DNA from: Coniocarpon cinnabarinum
Taxonomy: Eukaryota
Assembly (NCBI GenBank): GCA_051942205.1
Contig: JAVECO010000049.1
Location: 62,001-126,000 of the forward strand
Direction: 5' to 3'
DNA: 64,000 nt
Below the pieces are notes generated by a model that was not told the origin of the DNA, did not search any database, and worked only from the letters and a program-made list of their open reading frames with translations. Positions 37,063-51,527 of the stretch are shown piece after piece (the stretch's first letter is position 1; each line of letters starts with the position of its first letter). The translations under genes were made by a program, and so were the position numbers.

Positions 37063-38230
37063 ACGACCGCCTCACTTCTTACTGAGAGGAGGAGAGAGAG
37101 AACATCACGCATCATGAGCGTCTCGTGGTCGCCACTCGCCATCCGTTTCAACTCGACCGCTCGCTAGAGTCCCGCACCGATGGCGCCACACTCGTTTACG
37201 CCTTTCCTTTGTCCATAGCTTCACCGAGCACCCCGTGCATCTAGGTGGCGGTCTACTCTATGAATTCACCGGGGCCTGATGCCTCATAACTCGCACCGTG
37301 TTTTCTCTGACAGCGTGACTGCACAGCCATTAGGCTACAGCACCGTCTTTTCACATCTACATCATGCCACATGTGCATACACCGTACGCCTCACTACAAA
37401 CATTCAGGCCGCGGCACCCGTCTTCACACCTCATTCACGGTCTGGTCTATTCTTCATCTTGTTCGTGACTTTTTCACCATCATCCACTCTGTCTTTTTTC
37501 AGCCGCCGTGCTCCATCACGCCACGTACCATCTCCTCTGCTGAGCTCCATCCACTCTACGATTTTCCTCAATCAACTCCTCGCCCGGATGGCTAACACCA
37601 TGCATTCCGTCAGCTCCATCATCAACTCCACACATGTCCGAACAAGACCTGCATTACATCGCCTCTCCACTGGGTGTGGCAGTTCCATCAATGCTGTGTA
37701 ACAGCCATCACCATCTCACCATCCACAATAGGCACGAACCCTCTTCTCCGATCCTTCTCAGGACATCCCACAACGCCGCTTTCCTATCCGTCTCAAAGTC
37801 GCACAGTCTCCTCTCACGCTCTCCAAACGTCCCCATCTTACTGAGCTTCTCATGCTTCTGCCGATTCTCGACTTGCCATCTTGTGCAACTCCCGTATCTG
37901 GATTATGGTCAGTCATACCTCGTCGTTGTCTAGGTTCCATCGCCATCTTCGTCTCATCGTCACCGCCATTTCACGTCATACTTCACAGCCGTCGTTCCTC
38001 GTCGATTTGTCGTCATTTTGTACCGTCGTTTTATACCGTCGTTGTGTCGTCGCCTTGTATCATCATCGTTCACTTACGTCCCTTTGCCTTCCCTCCTTTT
38101 ATGAGATGAATTATCATTTGAGGATCACTCACGATTGAGGATCACTCCCCATCTGAAAACAAGCTGTCACTCGCAGCAAGTTCTGTTTGCAAGTATCATT
38201 CTGCATATTCCACAGCGGAGATAGGATTGT

Positions 38231-38320
38231 AATGGAGAGTAGAGAATTGGAATAGAGAGCAGAGAGTTGGAATAGAGAGTAGAGAATTGGAATGGAGAAT
38301 AGAGAATTGGAATGGAGAGA
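38231..38320. repeat. 20-bp tandem repeat (AATGGAGAGTAGAGAATTGG, about 4.5 copies)
   Basis: Directly visible. A 10-bp repeat (GTGGATGGAC x3, about 38436-38466) lies nearby. Confidence 0.85.
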
Positions 38321-38781
38321 TTAATTCACGTGCTTAGCTCTGCGCTTCATTTGCATGTTGAAGTGAGTTGAAATTGAGACTTGAGTGGATGACGATGTGT
38401 CGTTTGTGCATTTTTTGGTTCGTTTGGAGGGGTCCGTGGATGGACGTGGATGGACGTGGATGGACGTTGGGTTGGTGCTGTATAGCGTGTCGTATCTCGG
38501 GATCTTTCATGCTTAACGTCACGCTTAGATAGCTACAACGTCACGCTACAAGTCACGCATTCAACGTCAATGCTAGTGTCTGTTGTCAATGTCTCGTTGT
38601 CAATGTACGATTGAGCCTAGGTCAATGTCTGATATTTAAGCTCTCGTATTCAAAATACAGTGTTCGAGCTTCCGTAGTTCTCCCTCTCTCCCTCTTTTGA
38701 ATCATGTTCGCAATGTTTCACCCAGTGCCCTTACCACAGTATCAAATGATGAGCTAATCAGTAACCTCGTCGAATATTCGA

Positions 38782-38832
38782 GGATTGGACGGTTGTCAGG
38801 ATTGGACGATTGTCAGGATTGGACGGTTGTAA
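38782..38832. repeat. 17-bp tandem repeat (GGATTGGACGGTTGTCA x3)
   Basis: Directly visible. Confidence 0.85.
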
Positions 38833-38863
38833 GAGTGAGTCTTCACACGGATATCACAGTCGT

Positions 38864-39146
38864 GATGGGAGTACGTTGATGTTTTGATGAGAGTACGTTG
38901 ATGTCTTAAGAGTGCGTTGATGTTTTGAGAGTGCGTTGATGTCTTGATGGGAGTACGTTGATGTCTTGATGAGAGTTTGATGTCTTGAGAGTGTGTTGAT
39001 GTCTTGAGAGTGCGTTGACGTCTTGAGAGTACGTTGACGTCTTGAGAGTGCGTTGATGTCTTGAGAGTACGTTGATGTCTTGACGAGGAATGCATTGATG
39101 TCTTGAGAGTACGTTGATGTCTCGACGAAGAATCCGTTGACGTCTG
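38864..39146. repeat. 19-23-bp minisatellite, about 14 units (GAGAGTRCGTTGAYGTCTT)
   Basis: Contiguous units starting about 30 bp past the guanine deaminase stop codon; explains the repetitive spurious ORFs here. Confidence 0.92.
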
Positions 39147-39175
39147 GAAAGACATTCAATTGGGAAGGGCAGAGC

Positions 39176-41387
<2,212 letters not shown>

Positions 41388-42177
41388 GATTGCCTGAATC
41401 AACGTAACTGAAAGAGATGTTCAGGAGGCTGGCAGATGATATTATTATGGGTCTAGAAAACCTTATCACAGCGGCGATGTCATCTTTAAATTTTTGTCTG
41501 GTTGTCTAAGTACATCTGATCACGTACTCACGTTATTTGGATGCTTTCGAGGAATTCAAGTCCAGTGCATGAACGATATGTAGCTTTTACTCGTAAAGTC
41601 TTATCAGTCAAGCTCTGTAGTACTTATCATGGCATGCACATTGACTCTGTGAAATGATTGGCTGGTAGACGTGTATAACAAACAGTAGCACAAGTAGCGA
41701 GGAGCTTCATTTTCCGCAAAACGGGGCCCTCTAAATTTCAGCAAGATTGAGGTGAGCAAAATGCCAAGCCACGTGACTTAAGATGGAACGGGTTCAGTTC
41801 GTGAAGCGCGACTCAAGTATGGCCACCAGCAACCCGGCGAGTCGTAACAATGTCATACTTAGTAGAGAAAGCCATGAAGGAATGTGTAGTGCAGGGTATT
41901 AAAGATAAATGATCGCTAAATACAGTCGTAACCCAAGTCAAGTCGACGAAGCTCTAATACGCAATCCGTACATTAAATAACCGTATATCAAGATATTCCC
42001 TCTCCGAAGCGTGTATTCCAAGAGCTCACCATGAAGAGAGCCTTCGCGTCAAGCATATATTTGCAGTATGCAAGACCTGAAAGGCAGCAGGTACAGAGAG
42101 GAAGACACTGCTCGTTCGAGTGTCCATGGATTCTGACAGCATGATATGCTGTGAACGATCTGAACAAACAGAACAGT

Positions 42178-43653
42178 CTATGCAGTGGGCATAGGATTTC
42201 TCTGAGCCACCTTTGCGAAGGTGGTGGGATAAGAAGGCAGTGCCGGTGTTGTTTTATATGCCTCTGTATCAGTCTCACATGGCTCGGTCGTGTATGAGCC
42301 TATCGTTTCAGTCACTGGCGTTGTGGTGGGTGGGAGTCCTGTTGATGAAACCGGAGGTAGCACTTGGCTCGTAGTGTCTGGGACGACTGAAGTAGTTGGG
42401 CTGCTTGAAGAAACTGGAATAGATGTTGTGGATGGTGCAAGAGAGGTAGTTGCTGAGCCCGACGTGAGTGGTGGGACGCTGGCGAATCCAACTTGTTTGT
42501 TGTCGTAGTCCCAAACAGCATACACAGCTTGAAGGAAGCCGCTTCCGAGAGTCCAGCTTTCGCCTCCTTGCACCCAGGATCCGCACATCCCCTCTGGAAG
42601 ACTATCAGAGGGTCCTTCTGCAAATGAGATATGTTAGCTACACTGCATGGCCAGGTCTTGGCAAATCACGTGGGGGGCGCTATTCGACTTACGGATGAGG
42701 AGGTAGTTAGGCACAGGATAGGAAACGCCTTCGATGCTTATTTCAAGGACAGCGCTTCCAAGATCACACGGTACGTAGTATGTTGAGGAACCAGAGCTGT
42801 TCGACTGGCCTCCTCCAAGAGCCGTGTTGATTTTCAAGGCGTCAGCATTGGTGGCGAAGATACCAGTTGAGCCGGCTGTTGATACGTGTTGTAAGCGTAG
42901 GAACTGCATGACATCGAACTGCATGAAATCGAGGACAACATAGAACTTACTGTCAAGAAAGGCTCTTTGAGGATTAGGTAGTCTAAGATCGTTGCCATTA
43001 ATATTAGCGCCTTGAAAGTTGATGGTCCACGTGCTATTGACTTGATCCGGCACAACTGAAGAATATGTGATACCTTGCTGGACGTATTGTGGGTCGGGTC
43101 CGCCCCAGTCGAACTGTCCACACACTTCATTCGTAGAGACCGAGCTGGACACAGGATGCTGCATGCGGACGCCCACTACCGCTGGTTGAAGATTGGGCTG
43201 AAGCATCTGCCATCCAGGTGGAAAGTCATTAGCATTGGTATCAAGAGACATGCCAATGAGGCCCCCAGCACCGGCAGATGGTGCGACCGTCGTGTCTGCC
43301 CATCCAAGAGTTCGCGTTGGCGTCAAGTCGAGCCGAGTTGACTCGCCAATATGGACAGAGTCGGTAGCAACATGTCCACTCGCTTCGCCAATGACATAGT
43401 GGAGGTCAAACGTTTGATCAGAGACTTCCACGGTTGATGAATTCGTAGTAAAGACGGCAGGATTGACCCAGAACTTGTTGGATCCTGTGTCAAATTCAAC
43501 ATAAAGCAGGTCAGGGCTGTCACCGATGCGGACACCCATGGCTGGGAAGTTCTCAGTATAGAGATTTGAGGTGGCAAAGGGTGGTGCTGTAGGAATGGGA
43601 CCTGCAGCGTAAGCTCTGTTGAGCAACAGTGCAGCAATGAGCGTCCAATGCAT
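42178..43653 (-). CDS. Secreted pepsin-like (A1) aspartic protease with Ser/Thr-rich tail; introns 42876-42950, 42618-42692
   Basis: Signal peptide; FDTGS and spliced LDTGST catalytic motifs; LGSGFLQAVYAVWDYDNKQVGFA. Confidence 0.88.
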
Positions 43654-44906
43654 GGCGGAGGGTTAACGTTTACAACAAAAATTGAGATTGGTATATAAGG
43701 AGACTCCAGGAATCCACAACAACCAACGACTTTTCACAATAAGAAAACGAGCTCGTAAGTTGAAATGAGTTGAGTCGATGAAGCTCGCAATGAGTATAGC
43801 GCGCAAGAACGAATATTGGGAGTGATGAAAAATTACAGTGGGCAAGAAGGACGATTTAAAAAGTCTTTCTTTCATCAAATATTTTGCAACCATGAGGACC
43901 AGGGTTGTCTTGCCAGGCTGTGTCAGGACACAGCAAAGAGCGAGCGAGAATAGACGCCATAGCCTCTCACAGCTGTTGTCTTCGCTGTGAAAATATAAGT
44001 TAGCTTCATGTGCTGCGCACGCCCATTGGCAACGCTCGTGATTGGACACAAAATTCCGGACACATAACCCAGCGGTGAGGTGAACCCTGCAGCAAGGCCA
44101 CTATCCATGTGACTGCGATGCAGTAGTGAAGAGCTGATGATGAGGTTCAAAATAGTCAATGGACACCGCAGTACATTCTAGGAAACCATCCGCAAAACTC
44201 CGCCTAGATGGCGCCGCGAACGCTCGCGGAACTGATAGGGGCCTGCATATGTTGGCGTTGGAATCTCCGTCGGTGAAATGCCACAATCCTGCCAGGGATA
44301 CTTGACAGCCACAGAAGCCGAAGCTGATAGTATGCATTCTGTACTTGCACATTACATGTGCTAAGGTCGGGCTGAGAACAGATTGCGGACCTGACTGTTT
44401 GAAGGAAGCTGACGCTCACGTGACTCCACTCGATAGATTATCTCTTGGCAGACGATCGCCGGAAGCGAATTTCGGCCGAAACTATCACGACTAGCTTTCG
44501 GTCCCCTCGGACGACCCTCAGCCCTCGGTGGTCTATTTGCAAGCCATCTTGACAGAGTTTCTCTCCTTTCAGATGCTTGCGGCTCCCAGAGCGTACGCGT
44601 AGTTGCTCCACGCCTTCCAACGAAAAAGTTGCTCAGGCTGCTTCACACTAAATGCTGAGTGAGGCTGATGAAGTCTTGTTGATCTACGCATATGGAATGC
44701 GGAAGTTCACAAAAAGCCTCAACAGCAGCTCTCTGGTTGCGCGCGGGGAAGGCTGTGGATCTCAAACTCAATTGTTGGCACTCGACCCAAAAGCAAAGCA
44801 TCAAGAACACTTAATAAAAGCCGTTGGGAAATGCAGTGGTGGTTCATGATTGCTGCTGCACGATCGTTGGGTGCTATGCAGCCACCTAGTACAATTGCTC
44901 TCACGT

Positions 44907-46031
44907 TTAAGCCCAGTCTCCACGTTTTAGCGGTGCAATGGTAGATCTAAGGAAGTAGGGATCTTCATCGATCTGTTTCCTAATCCTTCCAGTGGCCAAT
45001 TCCTCTGCATCCCAAGACGACCATACGAAGCGACCTTGCAAAAAGGCAGCCTGCTTGCTTGCAGCCCATACGGCAAAAGCACCTGGAAGCTCACCTGACC
45101 TCGATGCATTAGCACGTCTCAGCATGTAAGGCGTTGTGAGCAGGACACCACGCACCACTACCAAAGTCCTCTCTGGTCAAGCCTTGCGACTCAAAATACT
45201 CATTCCACAGCAACCCTGGATTGTAGGTGACTACCTGCAATTTGTCGTGTGGATTCTCCATACCAAGAAGCTGAAAAAGCAACGTGTTTGCCGACTTCGA
45301 AAGAACTGTACCTGGTCGAGCAGCTACGGCCGGATGGATGTAATGGTGGATCACTGCTGAGGACACATTGACAATGAACTGAGTCATACAGTGTAAGTCA
45401 GCTACAGCTGTATGAGCTCACCAGTAGGCAAATTGTGGCTTACCCTTTGCCTTTCGCTCGACTGCGCGCACAGTTTCTCAGCCATGTACAGAGGCCCTTT
45501 GGCGTTAACTTCCATTTGTGACCTAGAATCAGCAAGTTAGCATAAACGTTCCCTAGAATGCTTTCTGCGGGAACAGCAAACCGACCAGATGTCGTCTATT
45601 CCAGCCTCGAGGATTGGCTTCGGTCTGGGCGGTTTCGCAGCATTGGCTACCAAAACGTCAACGAAGATATGGAAGGCCTTATTGAGCATTCGCCACAATG
45701 CGTCGACTTGGGCAATATCAGTCACGTCGCAAGCACGTGCAATGATCTTGGTGCTCGTTCCAGCAGTCTTGGCTTCTTCTTCGAGACGGGACTTTGCATC
45801 TTCCAGCACTTCCGGACGACGACCAATGATGATTACAGTGCTTGCTGCTGCGCGTACGAAAGCTTGACCAATGTTGAAACCGAGGCCGACGCCACCCCCT
45901 GTGATCAACACGGTGCGCCCAGCCTGGCTGAGCTCCGGTCTTGTAGGCGCCACCGCCGGGTAGAGCTCATTGTGTATAGTGTTGGTGAAGTTGGTTTCGG
46001 CGAAGTCAAACAGCCCTTCTAAGCCCGGCAT
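44907..46031 (-). CDS. Short-chain dehydrogenase/reductase; introns 45523-45585, 45379-45443, 45095-45155
   Basis: LITGGGVGLG Rossmann motif, DVLVANAA, IVNVSS, YNPG, AFLQGRFVWSSWD. The YxxxK position reads TVLSK. Confidence 0.85.
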
Positions 46032-46541
46032 GATTTGATGGTAAGTCAGATGTCTTTCTTCAAGGTATGTATGAGTCTGTTGAATAGAAAGCTCGACAAG
46101 TCAAGATGGCCTCAGTCTTTTTATTGGATCTATCATTGTCGAAAAAAAGAGCAAAGACACTGCGAGGAGGTGTAAGTATTTGTATTCTCCTCGATTCTAC
46201 GTCCCGGGTTCTCAAGTCGAGAATTAATCATCATCGTCTCGTTACGCTCCGTTTCCAAAACAGTTAGAAACAGACTCGATGATAAACAGGCTTAGGACTT
46301 TCGCAGAATGAGAAGCATCGGGCAGCAGATCTTTGCTTAACATGGATGGCGCCCGCGTTTCACCAAGATCGCACAGCGGACACTATCCAAATCCGGGTGG
46401 CTCCCGCAAAATCCTCGCAGGCCCATCGCCCACGAACATATTAGTTCGGTTTCTGAGTAATCACAGTCGCGACTTCAGTGTACCTCTTCCCACGCAAACG
46501 CAGTCGACCCATCGTCGCCACTGGAGCATAAGCTTCCAACG

Positions 46542-47819
46542 ATGATCAGCCGAGCATCGCCCACTGGCACAGCGGCCACACATTCATCCTGCACAGCCTG
46601 TGCTACCGCTAAGCGACGATGCGGCAGGCAGCAACCGCGCTGCCAACGCTGCTGGTCTCGAGGTATCGACTGCCAGTATCCTCCTCCCAAGCCGCAACAG
46701 TTTGTGGCTCTCACCACGCATGACGCATCTATACTCCAGCAGCCCGCCGATATTCTCACCCCATTTGGCAAGGGCGGACTGTCACTAGGAGTTGACCTTG
46801 CGGGACTGCCTATTGACACTAGCCTTGCATCTTGGTGGTTTTCCTCTCCTGAAACGTGGGAGGTTGATCATCGCCCAAGAAAGCTTGGCGTCAGGCAAGC
46901 GTCCTCTGCGGAACTCGAATACGCCGTTACTATCATTCGCGATTGGCTGGCTCATTGGGTACAAGGTGACTGCAACCCTTTCATCCATCATGAACTATAC
47001 CGACATCGCTTTCCGTCATGCATACAGGATGCATACATGGCCTTGTCATGCTATCTTCACCGAACACGCGCAAATGAACAAACAGTGCTCCGAATCATCT
47101 ACGATAAAGCGACGCAATTAGTCGCGCAACATGCGCCAAACTCCACGACCACACCCCTAGAGGCCCCTAGCGTAGACTCGTCCACTCACGATCCCTTCAT
47201 CCATCTCGCACGGTCCCAAGCACTCCTCATATACCAGCTCATCAGCCTCTACGACGGCAACACCGTCCTCCGCGACCTCGCCGAAACCCACATCCCCGTT
47301 TTGAGAGATTGGCTCCATAACGCCATCCTCCACGCCAGCGAAACCTCTGACCTTGGCACCTACCTCACCCCTTCCGCTTCTTCTCCTTCCAATGTCTCGT
47401 TCGCCGAGGCTCCAACCCTCCAAGTCCATACAGAGTCTTGGCAACAAACCACGTGGCACGCCTGGATCCTCTCCGAGTCATTGCGCCGCACCTTCCTCGT
47501 CGCGTCCGCCGCGCAAGGGATTTACCTCTCTCATTTTGACGGGATCGCCCATTGCCTAGGCGGCATGATGTTCACGTCGCGCCGTGGCTTCTGGGATGCG
47601 CCGACTGCTGCGGTGTGGTTGAGTCGGTGTAAAGAGGTGTACGGAGGGTTAGTCAGGTTGACGGAGATGGAGAAATTGTTTGAAACCTTGGAGCCTCGGG
47701 AATTGGATGACTTTGCGAGGGTCATGTTGGGGGTTACGTTTGGGGCTGAGAGGGTTGGAGCTTGGGGTGTTGACGTTAATGTGGGTGGGCGTATTGCGAT
47801 GGGCGAGGTGGTGGGGTGA
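46542..47819 (+). CDS. Zn(II)2Cys6 transcription factor, divergent from the SDR
   Basis: CTACATAKRRCGRQQPRCQRCWSRGIDC cluster; PFIHHELY, ARSQALLIYQ, WILSESLRRT middle region. Confidence 0.9.
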   Translation: MISRASPTGTAATHSSCTACATAKRRCGRQQPRCQRCWSRGIDCQYPPPKPQQFVALTTHDASILQQPADILTPFGKGGLSLGVDLAGLPIDTSLASWWFSSPETWEVDHRPRKLGVRQASSAELEYAVTIIRDWLAHWVQGDCNPFIHHELYRHRFPSCIQDAYMALSCYLHRTRANEQTVLRIIYDKATQLVAQHAPNSTTTPLEAPSVDSSTHDPFIHLARSQALLIYQLISLYDGNTVLRDLAETHIPVLRDWLHNAILHASETSDLGTYLTPSASSPSNVSFAEAPTLQVHTESWQQTTWHAWILSESLRRTFLVASAAQGIYLSHFDGIAHCLGGMMFTSRRGFWDAPTAAVWLSRCKEVYGGLVRLTEMEKLFETLEPRELDDFARVMLGVTFGAERVGAWGVDVNVGGRIAMGEVVG

Positions 47820-48328
47820 TGGGCTTTGTATGTATAGTCTGCCTAGTGAGAGTCGTCGGGACTTGGAGGTGAAGCCTTCGCGATAGGAGAAAACTGAACG
47901 CGGCAGAAGAACTGGTTGCGCTGTCGAAGCCCAGGCTGGGGGCAGTAAGACTCCCGTTCGCGCTAAGCATTGAGACGTTGGCGGATGTCAAGAAGTTTTG
48001 GTGCCTGGAAGCCGCTTTAGGGCAGGCGCACTGCTCTAGAGCCTATGCGCTGTCTTGCAAGTTCCTGACTATACGTGTTGCACCGGAAGCACGTCGATTG
48101 AGCAGTGGGTGAGGACATTATCCAGGAGAGCAAGCGCTGCGTTGCCGCGCCTCTACATCCCAGCCCACGTCTAGTTCCCTGGAATGGTGCATTCACCGAA
48201 CACAGCAAGAAATTGAAGTCAAGGAGATAATGCTCAAAAATATGTATATATACAAAAACGAAAAAGGCCTGCTCAAGGGCTCTGCGAAAAAAGCCAAGAG
48301 CCAACTCATCCAACAAACAGGCGGTCTC

Positions 48329-49867
48329 TCATATCCACCTCCTCCTCCACGGACGACGATGCTTATCCTTGCACGTCTCCTCCGGCTCGGACTCCTCCGC
48401 TACCGCAGCGCTCGCTTCCAACATCGCCGTCTGCGTGACTACCACCGTTTCAAACGTGACCGGTCCAGCATTCGGGTTGGATGCAAACTTCGCAGAGCCG
48501 CCCCCTGGTGCGGCTGCAGTCTGTTGAGTGCTGTCTGAACTCGTACTCGTCGTTGATGAGCTGGATGAGCCGCCTCCTGATGGGTCATTGCTATCATCGT
48601 CATCATCATCATCGCTATCATCACCGGACGAGGAGCTGGATGAGCCGTCTAGAGGTTTGACGCTGGCGAAGCCAACCTGTTTGTTCTCGTAGTCCCATAC
48701 TGTGTAGACGGATTGCAGGAATACTTGGCCTAGGATTAACTGGCCGTCGTCGCCGCTGCCACTGATGGTCGAGAGACAGGTGCTCATGTCCTCTCCGGGT
48801 ACATTGCCATCTACCTCGATGTTAGCCTCGCGTTCTTCGCGTTATTCTGCGCGTCGCGGTCGCGATGAGGACATGGACGACTTACTCGTTATAGCGTAAC
48901 CGGGCACCTCGTAATAGTTGCCGGCAATGCCGACTTTGAGAGTATGACTGTCTAGATTGCAGGGTACCGTGTACTGCGTGCCGGTCCCATCACCCGGTAC
49001 TTCTTTTCCTCCGCCGAGGGCTTTGTTGACTTTCTGCGCGTCGTCGGATTTCAACGACAAGGTCGAGGTGCCAGCTGTTGAAACAGGTGTGTTAGCCTTA
49101 GATTTCTCACAAAGGAGCTGCACTAAGTACGACGAGCACTTACTGTCCAATAAGATGTCTTGTGAGGTGTCTACCCCTTGGTCTTGCCCATCCACATGTA
49201 TGCCATTGTATTTGACATTCCAGAAGGAGTAATCTCCTCCACTTTGGGTGGTGACCGGCTCGTAATCAATCCCCTGGTCAAGATACTTCGGATCAGGGCC
49301 ACCCCAATCGACTTGACCCTCAACGAGGTCGTTACCGCCGGCGGCTCCTAGCTTTCGTTGCATTCGCAGTCCAATCACGGGGGGCGACAGTTTGTCTTGC
49401 AGCCACTTCCAGCCGCCACTGAAACTGTCGCCGTCGGAGGTGCCCAGACCGAACCCCAGAGTTCCAGTCATGCTATCTTGGCTAACGCTGTCGGCCCAGC
49501 CGAAATCGTGATCGAAATCCAAATCACCACCAAGGTTGATTTTGTCACTGGCAACGTTACCCGAGACCTTGTTCCAACCCCCACCATAGACGAGAGAAAA
49601 TGTATTGTCCTTCATATCGAGCGATGAGGGCTTTGAGCTGAACTCAGATGACTTGACCCAGAAAGCGGTAGAGCCGCTGTCGAGCATAGCAGGAACTTCA
49701 TCGTCGCTATCGCCGATCTTGACTTTGACGCCAGGAAAATTATGACTGTCGTCGGATAGCGTACTTGAAGCGAAGGGCTTCTTGGTAGGTTTGGCAGTGG
49801 ATGATGACGATTGAGCAACGGCGTCAGCTGCAAAGTAGAGGATAGCAATGGCTGGAGTCCAGTACAT
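48329..49867 (-). CDS. Secreted pepsin-like aspartic protease, paralog of 42178-43653; introns 49075-49143, 48811-48885
   Basis: Signal peptide; LDSGS and spliced LDTGTS; shared GQxDWGGPDP and VWDYxNKQVGFASV segments; same intron positions as the paralog. Confidence 0.88.
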
Positions 49868-51527
49868 CTCCAACACGGATGACTTGCGCGATCTAAAGGA
49901 GGGTAAGTGCAAAATGAAATGAGTGATTGAAAATTGAAACACGTGTGACCAATGTGAGGCAAACGCAAAGATCACGACAAACGAGCGTCACGCAGCAAGC
50001 GAATGTATGACATCTCGTTAGAAGATGTCGAATGCCAGTAACGGATCATCATCTGGCGACATTAAAGAGCAGTTTCAAAGCTTTGAAGGGAAGAAGCCCA
50101 AGCATCTGTCAACACGTTTCCTCTGACGTAACTGCGTAAGCCAAGCACTGGGTTGTTTCAATAAGATCTCAAGATCATACAAGGAAAGCCAAGTCGATGA
50201 TTTAACGGGTAAAGGGAGCGACGAGGTATAGTTGTCCAGTTCATATGACGTGGAATCATGGAATGCTCGGAAGAGGGTCCCCAATGGGGCCGGGCAATTA
50301 TAGGCCAGGTGTCTTGCCACATCGTGTTCTGGAAACACGAGCGCGATTGACAGATTGAGGACAGCTTTCTTATTGCCAAGCTCGTGGATATTTCAGTCGC
50401 GAGAGAGGACTACTAGGCTAGCTTGAGAGGCTTTCGTGGGCAAGCTTGATATGACGCCGATGGCTGAGAACGTTGCCAGCTTGCAATGAATGAATGTGTG
50501 TGCGAGCACGGGCGTTAGATATCGGGCCGTACGTTTGGCGTGGAAGAAGGCCACGAGGCGACCAGATCACGTATGTTTTCAAATATGGCCCCCGGACTCT
50601 AAGCCAGTGTGTCAGTATTGGCGTAAGGAAAACCCTCGGACATGCACGCCAAGCCATTTTGTGTACGGAGGTATGAGTGACTTTGCTCGCCAGAAAACTT
50701 CGCAGCCTGGTGCAAGCCTCGTAGAGCTCATGTTATGAGTAGCTAGACGCAGCCATCAAATTTGGGGCGACGATTGATGTTGTGGCCGGTTTTGGGAAGC
50801 GAAAACGTCTCGTGAAGTGGAAGACGTTTTGCCAAGTGTTATTTCCAGCAGAGCCTAAGACACACGTGATCGCAGCGGAGTGTCACGTGGCACAATCCTG
50901 ACTTGCTGAAGAGAACGACCGTTACAATAGACGAGGGCGTCGTGTGCAAACCAAGTCCTGAATAGGTACCTTTCGAGATATACTCGGCGCCATTCTGCTG
51001 CTCCAATAATCTCGTGCAAGCGCAGAATTTGACTGGGGATCATTTTGTGGGTGGCTGATCACAGGTCCAAGATTTGACGAACGCGTATACACCTGTTCGT
51101 GCAATTGGGTGTGCATGATTATTCTATTCAACGTAGGTGGGAACCATGCCCATTAAATGCGGCGCGGACAGGAGTGTTTTCCTCAAGAAATGTAAGACAG
51201 GGCCGTTTAGAACACATTTGAGAGTACGCCTGTTGGAGGCTTTCGAAGAAGTAGGAGGGACCGCCGAGTCATGCGGCTGAGTGAGATTACGCCGACGCAT
51301 GTGATAGACAGGCCCTGCTGGCAATAGGTCGCATGTCATAGCGTGAATGATGAGATCTGCTTTAGCTGCAGCAGGTCTCTCGTCATTCGTACTGAGCACA
51401 ATCATTGGATTTTGCCTGGGAGTTGTTGCATGTGCTCTGCCTCCGCGGATACCCGCGAAAATGGGTGTGAAGCAAACGCTGCTGGGGCAAACGCAGCTGC
51501 AGGCATGACGCCAGCCCGTGCAGACGA

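Noticed and set aside
38864..39146. CRISPR-like regular array and repetitive ORFs (SRHQRTLKTS...)
   Set aside because: Units are contiguous with no unique spacers, there are no cas genes, and the context is eukaryotic. The ORFs are translations of the minisatellite.
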